Assembly (NCBI GenBank): GCA_043765375.1
Contig: JAYUJH010000016.1
Span: forward strand, 27,846 to 91,845
Direction of reading: 5' to 3'
Length of the DNA stretch: 64,000 nt
Source: Alphaproteobacteria bacterium
Lineage (GTDB): Bacteria; Pseudomonadota; Alphaproteobacteria; Rickettsiales; UBA998
Part shown: positions 1-9,403 of the stretch, piece after piece
How the letters are laid out: each line of letters starts with the position of its first letter
Numbering within the stretch: position 1 is the first letter of the stretch
Notes under the pieces: generated by a model
The model's input: only the letters and a program-made list of their open reading frames with translations
What the model was told of the DNA's origin: nothing
Databases searched by the model: none
Made by a program: the position numbers and the translations under genes

Positions 1-349
1 GATAGCGAATGATGCAATATTAGTGGAATTATTGGAATTGCCCGCATTCGCTGAATTGCCTATGTTGGGAAAAATTGGGTTAGGAAAAATTGGAAAAGAT
101 GCCCTCTCTTCCCAAGTAGCACTATCTGCGCAAATAGTCCCCTCTTCCCAAATAGCCCTCTCTTCTCAAATAGATAGAGTGATAATTAATGCGGATAATA
201 TTCACATTATAGATTTCAAAACGGGGGAACATGCAAATGATGATGGTTATGCAAATATGCACCAATTGCAACTTGGTGCATATCAAGCGATGTTGAGCAA
301 TTTATATCCTAATCATCATATTATCACTAGTTTATTTTATGTTATATAA
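1..349 (+). CDS. C-terminal fragment (5' end outside window) of an AddB-like PD-(D/E)xK nuclease/helicase subunit
   Basis: The reading frame is open from the window edge. The motif DRVIINADNIHIIDFKTGE followed by QLQLGAYQAML resembles the RecB-type nuclease motif (IDYKTG ... QL.lY) of alphaproteobacterial AddB. It contains GKIGLGKIGK and SSQ(V/I)AL microrepeats. Confidence 0.5.
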   Translation, partial: IANDAILVELLELPAFAELPMLGKIGLGKIGKDALSSQVALSAQIVPSSQIALSSQIDRVIINADNIHIIDFKTGEHANDDGYANMHQLQLGAYQAMLSNLYPNHHIITSLFYVI

Positions 350-455
350 CTATAGCACTACATATTTTTATGAATTTTACATGTATAATATTCGTAAAAA
401 TAAAGTGCTATAATGCGAATTCTAACCTTATGATTATTCGTAAATGATTAACGCA

Positions 456-2774
456 TCAACCAGATTGTAAAAATCTTGTTGTTGAGTCATAACCAAATAT
501 TTGCATTAAACTTTGTAAATGCTCGTTTAATCGTATATTGCCACCGCCAAAACTACCATTTCCAAAGTCATCGCCCGCATCATGGCTATGTTTATTAAAA
601 TGTATCTCCGCCTCCATTCGTGCCGCTTTGAGCAAATCACCTTGCGATTCTAACTGCAAAAACTTAAACACAGGCGCACCCGTTTGTTTAGTGCCAAGCA
701 AATCCCCTGCTCCCCGCAATTGCCAATCCGCCTCGGCTATCACAAAGCCATCATTAGTTTGACGCATTGTTTTGAGCCGTTCTTGGGCAATTTTTGTGCA
801 ATTTTCATCATAAAGCAAAACGCAGCGTGAAGGCTTGTCACTTCTGCCAACTCGCCCCCGCAATTGATGCAATGTTGCCAAACCAAACCGTTCTGCATTC
901 TCAATAATCATAATGGTGGCATCTGGAATATTCACGCCAACCTCCACCACTGTTGTTGCCACTAAAATACGCAATTCGCCGCTAAGAAATGCTTGCATAA
1001 CAGCTTCCCGCTCTGCCATCGCCATGCGCCCGTGCATCAACCCGACTATATTATGATTATTATTATGGTGATGATGACCCGCAAACCAAACTTGTAGCGC
1101 ATCAAACCGAGATTGCGCTGCTTGCAATGCTGCAAGTTGCGGGGCTACTTGCAATGTTTCATCGCTTGCATCTTCCACAAGGGGGCATATCCAATATATT
1201 TTCTCGCCTGATTCCACTGCCCGAATTAACCCCACCAGCACTTCATTTAAGCGTTTTAAGCCAACTAGGCGTGTATCAATCGCTTGTCTGCCCGCTGGTT
1301 TTTGTTTGAGTAATGAAATATCCATATCACCAAAATGCGCCATGGCAAGCGAGCGTGGAATTGGGGTTGCCGTCATCAGCAACAAATGTGGTGCGAATGC
1401 TTGCCGTTGTTCATTCTCGCCCCCTCTCTTCTCACCCACGCCTTTTCCACCTCCGCCCTTCTCACTTAAGCTAAGGCGTTGCGCCACGCCAAACCGATGT
1501 TGTTCATCAATGATTGCAAGCCCGAGATTGGCAAACTCTACCTTTTCTTGAAATAGTGCATGTGTGCCAATAATCATCGCTTTAGGGCAGTTTTTTATTT
1601 GTTCATAAGCAATGGAGCGTTGCCGAGGATTAAGGCTTCCTGCTAAAAATATCATCTCAAAACCATCAATCTCAGCAATTCCTTGCAATCTTAACAACTC
1701 AGTGATTGCGTGGAAATGTTGACGAGCGAGAATCTCCGTTGGTGCCATAATCGCTGCTTGATAGCCACATTGCACCGCTGCTAACATGGCGAGTGCGGCA
1801 ATAATCGTTTTGCCTGCACCAACATCACCTTGCAACAACCGCAACATTCGCACATCGCTTGAAATATCAGTGTTAATATCTTGTAGCACCTGCATCTGCC
1901 CTTCAGTTAGGGTGAATGGTAGGCTTGCGATTGCTTGCTGCACTGCGACATTATCCAACATTTGCATTTTTGGCGCACTGAGTTTTTGCTGAGTTGTGCG
2001 CAATGAACGCAAACTTAGTTGTTGCGCTAATGCTTCATCATAAGCGAGGCGTTGCTTGGCTTTGATTAAATCGTCTAAATCTTTGGGGTTGTGCAATGTT
2101 GTAATCGCCTGATTGAAACTTGTCCAACCGTGATGCGAGATTGTGCTGGATAATTGCCATTCTGGTGCTTCGGGCAGATTTTTGAGTATCTCCCTTGCCC
2201 AGCGTCCAAACATTTTTGAAGATATTCCTTCAGTTGCAGGATAAATCGCCTCAAAATTGCATAAATCCGCCATGTTATTTGCCTTGCCGATAATATCAGG
2301 GTGATTCATTTGCCACATTCCATCATAACGTTGCAAATGTCCGCCCACCATGATTTCTTCGCCCTCGGGCAATTGATGCAACAAATATCTAGGCTCTGCC
2401 TTGAAGAATACCAGCAACACACTCCCCGTTGCATCTTCGCATTGCACACGATGTGGGGTTCTGGGTGGAGTTCTGGGCGAGGCTTGGATTTTAGATTGAT
2501 AAGCGGTTTTTTTATAAGGTGCTGGCAGATGCTGCAACACTTTCAAACGCAAATTATTATATCCCGCTTTTGCCTCTGATAGTGGCGTGATGGTGCGACG
2601 ATCAATATAATCATACGGCAAGTGAAATAATAATTGCGCAAAAGTTGCATATCCAACCGCGTCCTTATTATTTAAGCGATTGGGAGAGAAATATTTTTGC
2701 AAAATTGCTTGATATTTCTCGCCAATTCCCTTTTGCATTGCAATATTTTGTTTGAGGTAATTGTTAATTTCCAT
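456..2774 (-). CDS. recG: ATP-dependent DNA helicase RecG
   Basis: Walker A GDVGAGKT, motif II IIDEQHRFG, MTATPIPRS and QLRGRVGR are present, and the length (772 aa) fits. Low-complexity inserts (GGGGKGVGEKRGGENEQRQ; HHHHNNNHN) interrupt the helicase core. Confidence 0.92.
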   Translation of the reverse strand: MEINNYLKQNIAMQKGIGEKYQAILQKYFSPNRLNNKDAVGYATFAQLLFHLPYDYIDRRTITPLSEAKAGYNNLRLKVLQHLPAPYKKTAYQSKIQASPRTPPRTPHRVQCEDATGSVLLVFFKAEPRYLLHQLPEGEEIMVGGHLQRYDGMWQMNHPDIIGKANNMADLCNFEAIYPATEGISSKMFGRWAREILKNLPEAPEWQLSSTISHHGWTSFNQAITTLHNPKDLDDLIKAKQRLAYDEALAQQLSLRSLRTTQQKLSAPKMQMLDNVAVQQAIASLPFTLTEGQMQVLQDINTDISSDVRMLRLLQGDVGAGKTIIAALAMLAAVQCGYQAAIMAPTEILARQHFHAITELLRLQGIAEIDGFEMIFLAGSLNPRQRSIAYEQIKNCPKAMIIGTHALFQEKVEFANLGLAIIDEQHRFGVAQRLSLSEKGGGGKGVGEKRGGENEQRQAFAPHLLLMTATPIPRSLAMAHFGDMDISLLKQKPAGRQAIDTRLVGLKRLNEVLVGLIRAVESGEKIYWICPLVEDASDETLQVAPQLAALQAAQSRFDALQVWFAGHHHHNNNHNIVGLMHGRMAMAEREAVMQAFLSGELRILVATTVVEVGVNIPDATIMIIENAERFGLATLHQLRGRVGRSDKPSRCVLLYDENCTKIAQERLKTMRQTNDGFVIAEADWQLRGAGDLLGTKQTGAPVFKFLQLESQGDLLKAARMEAEIHFNKHSHDAGDDFGNGSFGGGNIRLNEHLQSLMQIFGYDSTTRFLQSG

Positions 2775-2883
2775 AATTATTGACGCCTAACCTGATATGC
2801 TACCCGATATGCTCCCCTATATGAATATATCAAAATAAAATATTTTCCTTGGAATTATTTTTAATCTAAGCTAAATAGCAACT

Positions 2884-3480
2884 ATGAAAACAAAACCTAT
2901 TTTTATTATAATTAACGTTATTTGCGCCATAATTGCAATCTCAAATATCAATATTAACGCTGCAAATGCGGCTAGCAACATGAAACCGCAAGCAAAACCA
3001 GCCTATAAACATACGCAAGTTGTAGGTTATCTTGAAAAAGTTAGGGTTATGAATGTTGATACTATCTTTAACGCCAAGATGGATACAGGGGCGGATACTT
3101 CCTCTATGCACGCTAATATTGTGGATTTGAAACGCAATAGAGAAACTGAAGATGGCAAGGGTTATGTTATTTTTACGTTAGACACGGAAGGCAGCAAGAA
3201 AACCAATCATATTAAACGCCCGCTGGAGCGAATGGTTCGCATCAAAATGCGGGGGGAAGCTGGTGGGTATCAACGCCGCCCCGTGATAGGAATGGTGTTT
3301 TGTATCGCAGGTGTGCCAGTGCGTGAAGAAGTGAACTTAAGCAACCGTGAGAACTTCAAATATGATTTGCTGGTTGGGCGTAATATGATTGCCAAAGCAG
3401 GGTTATTGATTGATTCCAACAAAAAATATACCTCAAAACCAAATTGTATTGAGAAGAAAATTGAAGAAAAAAACAGTTAA
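2884..3480 (+). CDS. Secreted retropepsin-like aspartic protease family protein (COG4067/DUF785, the so-called ATP-dependent zinc protease family)
   Basis: An N-terminal signal peptide is present. The motif VGYLEKVRV...AKMDTGADTSSMHA...LLVGRNMI matches this family's aspartyl-protease-like core. Confidence 0.6.
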   Translation: MKTKPIFIIINVICAIIAISNININAANAASNMKPQAKPAYKHTQVVGYLEKVRVMNVDTIFNAKMDTGADTSSMHANIVDLKRNRETEDGKGYVIFTLDTEGSKKTNHIKRPLERMVRIKMRGEAGGYQRRPVIGMVFCIAGVPVREEVNLSNRENFKYDLLVGRNMIAKAGLLIDSNKKYTSKPNCIEKKIEEKNS

Positions 3481-3510
3481 ATAATATAATTCAAATAGCG
3501 TATTTATAGA

Positions 3511-4329
3511 GTGAAATATTCCTCATCGCCTGTGAAATTAATTCGTGATTTGCGCAAAAATGGTCATTTGTTGCAGCAGATAACTTGGCGCGATGTGCTA
3601 GCTCGCTATCAAGGTTCAGCTCTTGGGGTGATATGGAGTTTTGCCACCCCATTATTGATGCTTAGCGTTTATAGTTTGGTGTTTGGCGTGATATTTAAGT
3701 CACGGTTTGGGGCGGAAGATGCTGGGGTTCAACATAGCTTTGCGCTAACATTATTTTCAGGGTTAATCATTCACGGCTGGGTTGCCGAATGTTTGGTTCG
3801 CACCCCCACCATCATCACGCAACATGTTTCATATGTCAAAAAAGTTGTGTTTCCGCTGGAGATTTTGCCATTAATGGTGGTTGCATCTAGCGCATTTCAT
3901 TTGTTGATAAGCGTGGTGATTTTGCTTGCAGGATTGTTAATCACTGAACATGCTTTGCCAATTAGTGTGATATATGTGCCGTTATTATTGCTATGTTATG
4001 CACCATTGCTATGCGGAGTTAGCTTTGTGCTGGCATCACTTGGGACTTATTTGCGTGATATTGCGCAATTAACGCAATTATTTTCCACCATATTAATGTT
4101 TATGTCACCAATATTTTATCCCGCAAGTGCTTTGCCTGAGTGGTTGCAACCTTATTTATGGCTTAACCCACTTGGCTTGGTGGTGGAGCAGTTTCGTGGG
4201 GCAATTATTTTTGGTGCCACCCCTGATTTTAGCGTTTTGGCGGTGATGTTTGTGGTGAATATGGCGTTGATGCAACTTGGATTTTTGTGGTTTCAACGCA
4301 CTCGCAAGGGTTTCGCTGATATATTATAG
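3511..4329 (+). CDS. ABC-2 type polysaccharide/O-antigen exporter permease (Wzm/KpsM-like), with no adjacent ATPase
   Basis: The N-terminus (LIRDLRKNGHLLQQITWRDVLARYQGSALGVIWSF) is typical of ABC-2 permeases. About 6 hydrophobic helices are present and the length is 272 aa. Confidence 0.75.
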   Translation: MKYSSSPVKLIRDLRKNGHLLQQITWRDVLARYQGSALGVIWSFATPLLMLSVYSLVFGVIFKSRFGAEDAGVQHSFALTLFSGLIIHGWVAECLVRTPTIITQHVSYVKKVVFPLEILPLMVVASSAFHLLISVVILLAGLLITEHALPISVIYVPLLLLCYAPLLCGVSFVLASLGTYLRDIAQLTQLFSTILMFMSPIFYPASALPEWLQPYLWLNPLGLVVEQFRGAIIFGATPDFSVLAVMFVVNMALMQLGFLWFQRTRKGFADIL

Positions 4330-4402
4330 GTTGGACTCCAGCCTTTGGCTACGCCTCCCTTCGGGTGCTGAAGTGACGGGCAGTAGTATGTCGGTTCACC
4401 AG
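4329..4402. repeat. Intergenic palindromic repeat element (dispersed family copy)
   Basis: It contains gctacgcctcccttcggg, which matches the reverse complement of ccccgaagggaagcgtagc at about 9232-9250. It lies between convergent genes. Confidence 0.5.
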
Positions 4403-4411
4403 AACAACAAA

Positions 4412-5866
4412 TCAGGTTGCAACGCCCACTAATGGCAATAACTCAATTGTTTCATGTGATAATGTTGCCACGGGATATGCGCAATAATCTGCGGCATAAG
4501 CGGCGGTGGGGCGGTGATTTCCACTTGCACCAACGCCACCAAATGGTGAATTGCTTGCTGCACCTGTTAATGGTCGGTTGAAATTGACAAGCCCTGCCCG
4601 CAACCGTGGATAAACATAATCCCAATTGGCAACATCATCAGCGATTAACCCCGCGGATAAACCATAGCGAGTTTGGTTGGCAATTGCTATTGCTTGCTCT
4701 ATCGTATCCACCTTGATTAATTGCAATAATGCGCCGAAAATCTCTAAATCTATATTGTTTTGAGCAACACTATTTTTGTTAATATCATTTGAATTGATAT
4801 TAGTTGTATCAATAATTCCTGCGTTAATGAAAGGCATATTTTCATGCAATCGTTTAGTTTCCAACAATATGCGCCCGCCTTGTTGCTGCAATATTTGCTG
4901 CCCCTGCAACACATTATCCGCCTGAATATTGTTAATCATGCAACCCATATAAGGCTCGGGGGAATCATTTGGTGCGCCAATAATAATACTTGCTGCCATC
5001 GCCATTGTTGCTTCTAGCACTGCATTGCTGCTGCTGGAATTGATCATAATCAAACGGCGTGCGCAGGTGCATCGCTGCCCTGTGGTGGCAAAAGCGGAAT
5101 CAATGATAATGCTAGCGGCGGCTTGTGCATCGGCAACATCTGCAACAATTAGCGGATTATTGCCCCCCATTTCTAGTGCAAGCAGAACTTCGGGGCGACC
5201 AGCCAATGATTGATGTATTTTTTGACCAGTCGCATAGCTGCCCGTGAATAATATGCCATCAATATCTTGGTGATTGGTGAGGGCTGCCCCCACTTCACGC
5301 CCGCCTTGCAATAACTGCACTACGTAACTTGCGAAACCCGCTTGATGCAACAATGAAATTAGCAATTCGCCACATGCGGGAGTTTCCTCGCTTGGTTTGA
5401 GTATAACCACATTACCCGCAAGCAAACATGGCACAATATGACCATTTGCAAGGTGCATTGGGAAGTTATAGGGGGATAATATCGCCATGATACCATGGGG
5501 GCGGTGCGTGACAATGCGTTGCAAACCACCATCAATGGTTGAGATATCCAATCCTGTGCGTTTATGATATGAGTTGATGGAGATAGTGATTTTGCTAATT
5601 AATGCTCCCGCCTCTGCATTAGCTTCACGGTATATTTTGCCTGTTTCAAGCGCAATTAAATTAGCAATTTTAGAACGATTTTGTTGCAATATTTGTGCAT
5701 AATTTTGTAGCAACCCTATGCGTTCATCAAGTGTGGTAAGTTTCCATTTGTGGAATGCTTGGCGAGCCTTGGCTATAGATTGCTCTATGATTGCCAAATT
5801 GGCTATTTCACCTTGCCATATTGCATCACCAGTGGCGGGGTTGAATGAGGTTAATATTTGCGTCAT
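4412..5866 (-). CDS. astD: N-succinylglutamate 5-semialdehyde dehydrogenase (aldehyde dehydrogenase family)
   Basis: There are long collinear matches to AstD motifs: PYNFPMHLANGHIVPCLLAGN, LEMGGNNPLIV, TGQRCTCARRL and NFNRPLTGAASNSPFGGVGASGNHRPTAAYAADYCAYP. An asparagine-rich insert lies near residue 350. Confidence 0.85.
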   Translation of the reverse strand: MTQILTSFNPATGDAIWQGEIANLAIIEQSIAKARQAFHKWKLTTLDERIGLLQNYAQILQQNRSKIANLIALETGKIYREANAEAGALISKITISINSYHKRTGLDISTIDGGLQRIVTHRPHGIMAILSPYNFPMHLANGHIVPCLLAGNVVILKPSEETPACGELLISLLHQAGFASYVVQLLQGGREVGAALTNHQDIDGILFTGSYATGQKIHQSLAGRPEVLLALEMGGNNPLIVADVADAQAAASIIIDSAFATTGQRCTCARRLIMINSSSSNAVLEATMAMAASIIIGAPNDSPEPYMGCMINNIQADNVLQGQQILQQQGGRILLETKRLHENMPFINAGIIDTTNINSNDINKNSVAQNNIDLEIFGALLQLIKVDTIEQAIAIANQTRYGLSAGLIADDVANWDYVYPRLRAGLVNFNRPLTGAASNSPFGGVGASGNHRPTAAYAADYCAYPVATLSHETIELLPLVGVAT

Positions 5867-5902
5867 GAAGGTGAACTCCGATTATTTTAACAATTAGGTT
5901 AG

Positions 5903-6952
5903 TTATTGATTGGTTATTTCTATATATTCTGCCAGTAATATTTTCGCTTTGCCTGAATCAATTGCCTCTGTTGCGAGTTGCATTGCTTGGCTTAGAGTTT
6001 CGCAATGTTCAGCCACAATCAGCCCCGCTGCTGCGTTCAACAATACGATATCACGATATGCTGCGATATTACCAGTTTTTTTGCCACTAAACAAGGCTTG
6101 CATAGCAACCGCATTTTCGGCGGGTAGCCCGCCCTTAAGGCTATCCTCCGTGCAAAATGCAATGCCATAATCATTGGGGTTTAAGGTGAACTCGGTGATT
6201 TCGCCATTATGTAATTGCACAATTTGGCTGGTGGTGGTGGTGGTGATTTCGTCCATACCATCATTGCCATGCACCAACCATGCTTTATGCGCCCCTAATT
6301 TATGCAATGTTTCTGCCATAGGGCGTAACCATTTTGCATCATAAACGCCAATTAATTGGCGGGTGGTGCGGGCAGGATTGGCGAGAGGCCCCAGCAAGTT
6401 GAAGATGGTGCGAAGCCCTAGCTCCTTGCGCACATCAGCCACATGGCGCATTGCAGGGTGATATAAAGGTGCCATTAAGTGACAAAAGTTTAGTTGTTGC
6501 AATGCTTGTTGTTGCAATTGCTCTGATGCGTCTATGCGCACGCCTAAATGTTGCAATACGTCAGATGAACCTGATGCGGAGGTGATGCTGCGATTGCCAT
6601 GTTTAATCACTTTCACGCCACAGCTTGCGATTACTATAGCGGTTGCGGTGGAGATGTTGAAGGTTCTCTTGCCATCACCTCCTGTTCCGCAGGTATCAAG
6701 CGCATTCATAGCCTCAGCCTCGCCAATATTTCCACCAAACTTGATGGATTTATGGCGCATAACATTTGCCCCTGCGGCAAGCTCCGCCACGGTTTCTCCT
6801 TTGGCTCGCAATCCCATCAAAAATGCAGCAATTTGTGCGGGAGTCGCCCCGCCACTCATGATGATATGAAAAGCACGCTCTGCCAATTCATATTCCAAAT
6901 CACGCCCATATGCTAGTTCGGTAAGGATATCTTGAATCTGATTTGAACCCAT
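5903..6952 (-). CDS. trpD: Anthranilate phosphoribosyltransferase
   Basis: The motifs DTCGTGGDGKRTFNISTA and KHGNRSITSASGSSDVL are present, and the length (349 aa) fits. Confidence 0.9.
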   Translation of the reverse strand: MGSNQIQDILTELAYGRDLEYELAERAFHIIMSGGATPAQIAAFLMGLRAKGETVAELAAGANVMRHKSIKFGGNIGEAEAMNALDTCGTGGDGKRTFNISTATAIVIASCGVKVIKHGNRSITSASGSSDVLQHLGVRIDASEQLQQQALQQLNFCHLMAPLYHPAMRHVADVRKELGLRTIFNLLGPLANPARTTRQLIGVYDAKWLRPMAETLHKLGAHKAWLVHGNDGMDEITTTTTSQIVQLHNGEITEFTLNPNDYGIAFCTEDSLKGGLPAENAVAMQALFSGKKTGNIAAYRDIVLLNAAAGLIVAEHCETLSQAMQLATEAIDSGKAKILLAEYIEITNQ

Positions 6953-6971
6953 TTATATTTTTTTGTCCTAA

Positions 6972-7685
6972 TTATAGCTTTTTGCCAATCAACATGTGAC
7001 GTTTGCACCCATATCCTTTGATTTTTTCCACAACAACGCCATGTTGCTGCAATGATTGTCGCACTGAACTGGCTGCGGTGAATGTTGCAAATGTTCCCTG
7101 CGGTTTTAATGTGCGGGCAACATGTTTTAATATATCATCATTCCACATATCAGGGTTTTTGGCGGGAGCAAATCCGTCTAAGAACCAAGCATTAATGCTT
7201 GCATCATTAATTTGTTGCACCCCACAAATTGCCTCCATAAATATCAGGATTAATTGTATATTATGGCTCAAATGCAATGGATATACGCCATAAAGCGGTG
7301 ATGGATATTGCGACCGCCACTGCCGTGATTCTTCCGCAATACCCAATTTTTGATGTAATTCCAACAAATCAGCTGCGGAGATTGGGTGTTTTTCAATTGA
7401 GATATATGTAAGTTTGGCGGATTTATGCGCCAATTTCTGCCATAATTGCGTGGTGAGATGGAAGTTTAATCCTGTGCCAAAGCCAAGCTCGGCAATGGTG
7501 AAATCTGTTGTTTGTGCAAATCTTTCATGCAGTCCGTTGCCTCGCAATGAAACATAATCTATTTCCTCAAATGCGTGGTTTGGCATGTAATATACGTCAT
7601 CATAATCACAAGATATTGGTGTGTAATCTGATGATTGGGTGCTAAAGCTAAGGCGGGCGGGGCTGATTGCATACATGTGATGCAA
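6972..7685 (-). CDS. mnmC: Stand-alone tRNA mnm5s2U methyltransferase domain (MnmC C-terminal/DUF752-like)
   Basis: The motifs ELGFGTGLNF and DAWFLDGFAPAKNPDMW are diagnostic of the MnmC SAM-methyltransferase domain. No FAD-oxidoreductase half is present. Confidence 0.75.
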   Translation of the reverse strand: MHHMYAISPARLSFSTQSSDYTPISCDYDDVYYMPNHAFEEIDYVSLRGNGLHERFAQTTDFTIAELGFGTGLNFHLTTQLWQKLAHKSAKLTYISIEKHPISAADLLELHQKLGIAEESRQWRSQYPSPLYGVYPLHLSHNIQLILIFMEAICGVQQINDASINAWFLDGFAPAKNPDMWNDDILKHVARTLKPQGTFATFTAASSVRQSLQQHGVVVEKIKGYGCKRHMLIGKKL

Positions 7686-7716
7686 CCGATATATAATTTA
7701 CGCGGTTATGTCAAGT

Positions 7717-8094
7717 TTATGCGCTAATATCAAGCAAATTACCAAGCATTTCATTTGCTGCTTTTAGCACCTTCAAGCTACCTTGGAAGTTATAAGTTGC
7801 CAATTTTTGCTGGATTAGCTCATCTTCCGCACTAACATTTGGTGCTTGCAATGATAAATCTGGATTGCCGCCGTCAACTGATGTAACCGTGGCAGGGCTG
7901 CGCTCAACAATGCTCGCTTTTACGCCACCACCGCTGCTGCCACCATTACCAACATTCAAATTGATTGATGATTGCGTCACATCTGTTGGGATATAACCAG
8001 TCGTTGTTGCGTTCGCCACATTATTTGCACTATTATTCAAGCGCAAACTTGCTGCATTTAACCCTGATATTGCAATATTTATTGATGTATCCAT
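7717..8094 (-). CDS. Flagellar basal-body rod protein-like small protein (FlgB/FlgC-type N- and C-terminal motifs)
   Basis: The N-terminus ISGLNAASLRLNNSANNVANATTTGY matches the rod-protein signature (ANNxAN..T.GY). The C-terminus LIQQKLATYNFQGSLKVLKAANEMLGNLLDI resembles the Flg_bbr_C helix. No other flagellar genes lie in the window. Confidence 0.5.
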   Translation of the reverse strand: MDTSINIAISGLNAASLRLNNSANNVANATTTGYIPTDVTQSSINLNVGNGGSSGGGVKASIVERSPATVTSVDGGNPDLSLQAPNVSAEDELIQQKLATYNFQGSLKVLKAANEMLGNLLDISA

Positions 8095-8120
8095 AAGATA
8101 ATGTTATAACATATAACCCA

Positions 8121-8135
8121 TTAACAAACAATTAA
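8121..8135. promoter_or_regulatory. TTAA-N7-TTAA motif (CtrA-box-like) in the 49-bp divergent region between the rod-like gene and nadA
   Basis: The sequence ttaacaaacaattaa fits the CtrA half-site spacing exactly. In this AT-rich DNA a few such motifs per window are expected by chance. Confidence 0.25.
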
Positions 8136-8143
8136 AATTAATT

Positions 8144-9160
8144 ATGCAAAATAATATCACAACATCATCAAGCTCCCTAACTCCTTTGTCTATTCTAGCG
8201 ATGGAAGATGAAATTAAGCGAATGCGCCGTGAAATGAATGCGGTCATTCTCGCACATTATTATCAAAATGATGATTTGCAAGATATAGCGGATTTTGTGG
8301 GGGATTCCTTGGATTTGGCACGCAAAGCTGCATCAACTGATGCTGATGTAATTGTGTTTTGTGGTGTGAAGTTCATGGCGGAGGGGGCGAAAATCCTTAA
8401 CCCAAGCAAAAAAGTGTTGCTGCCAGATATGAAAGCTGGTTGCTCGCTGGAAACTTCCTGCCCCGCCCCCGCTTTTGCTGAGTTTCGTGCGGCTCACCCA
8501 GAGCATATCGCTGTGACATATATTAATTGTTCCGCCGATGTGAAGGCGTTGACGGATATCATAGTTACATCATCAAATGCGGAGGCAATTATTGCCCAGA
8601 TTCCCGCTAATCAACCAATAATATTTGCCCCAGATAAGCATTTGGGGGCGTATCTTGCCAAGAAAACGGGGCGGGAAATGTTGCTGTGGGACGGTTCTTG
8701 CATGGTGCATGAGAGATTCTCAGAGATAGAATTAATCAAGCTGAAAGTTGCGCACCCAAATGCGCATATTATCGCTCACCCAGAATGCCCCGAAGCATTG
8801 CTCAAGCACGCGCATCATATTGGTTCAACATCGTCACTGCTCAAGTTCACGGAGGCTAACCCTGCGTCCGAGTTTATTGTGTTGACTGAGAGCGGGATTA
8901 TTCACCAGATGCGGCAACGCTCACATGGCAGTATGTTTTATGATGTGCCGATGTTGTTGGAAAATAATGTTTTGGAGGGGGGACAAAATGAGGTTGGTTG
9001 CGCTATGTGCAATCAATGCCCATATATGAAGATGAATACGATTGAGAAATTATATCTGTGCATGAAACATCAAACGCCCGAGTTGCATATGCCAACTAAA
9101 TTGATGGAGCAGGCTCGCAAACCATTGCAGCGTATGTTGGAGATGTCTGTTGGGGTTTAG
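8144..9160 (+). CDS. nadA: Quinolinate synthase A
   Basis: The motifs ILAHYYQNDDLQDIADFVGDSL, FCGVKFMAE, TYINCSA and HPECP are typical of NadA. Confidence 0.9.
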   Translation: MQNNITTSSSSLTPLSILAMEDEIKRMRREMNAVILAHYYQNDDLQDIADFVGDSLDLARKAASTDADVIVFCGVKFMAEGAKILNPSKKVLLPDMKAGCSLETSCPAPAFAEFRAAHPEHIAVTYINCSADVKALTDIIVTSSNAEAIIAQIPANQPIIFAPDKHLGAYLAKKTGREMLLWDGSCMVHERFSEIELIKLKVAHPNAHIIAHPECPEALLKHAHHIGSTSSLLKFTEANPASEFIVLTESGIIHQMRQRSHGSMFYDVPMLLENNVLEGGQNEVGCAMCNQCPYMKMNTIEKLYLCMKHQTPELHMPTKLMEQARKPLQRMLEMSVGV

Positions 9161-9214
9161 ATTTTTTTGAGGGGCTAGGTGATAGGGGTTAGGGTTTAGG
9201 GTGCAGCGTATAGT

Positions 9215-9264
9215 GAGTTCGTCATACCATACCCCGAAGGGAAGCGTAGCAAAATACTGGTATC
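9215..9264. repeat. Intergenic palindromic repeat element (dispersed family copy)
   Basis: The sequence gagttcgtcataccataccccgaagggaagcgtagcaaaatactggtatc shares the GAGTTCGTCATA head with copies at about 13265 and 34298, and the ccgaaggga core with 4329-4402. Confidence 0.5.
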
Positions 9265-9403
9265 AATTATTCATGCCTAATAAATGAAACATATTAGTTT
9301 CCATTCTAAAAAGTTAAGTTCTAACATCACCATGTTTAACAAATATTAACCATTATAATGCTAAAATATACATAATTATTTTAATTAATATATGGTTTAA
9401 GCA

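Noticed and set aside
9336-9349. A TTAA...TTAA motif upstream of the pilin-RCC1 genes, considered as a CtrA box.
   Set aside because: The spacer is 6 nt (ttaacaaatattaa), not the required 7, and TTAA is frequent in this AT-rich promoter DNA.
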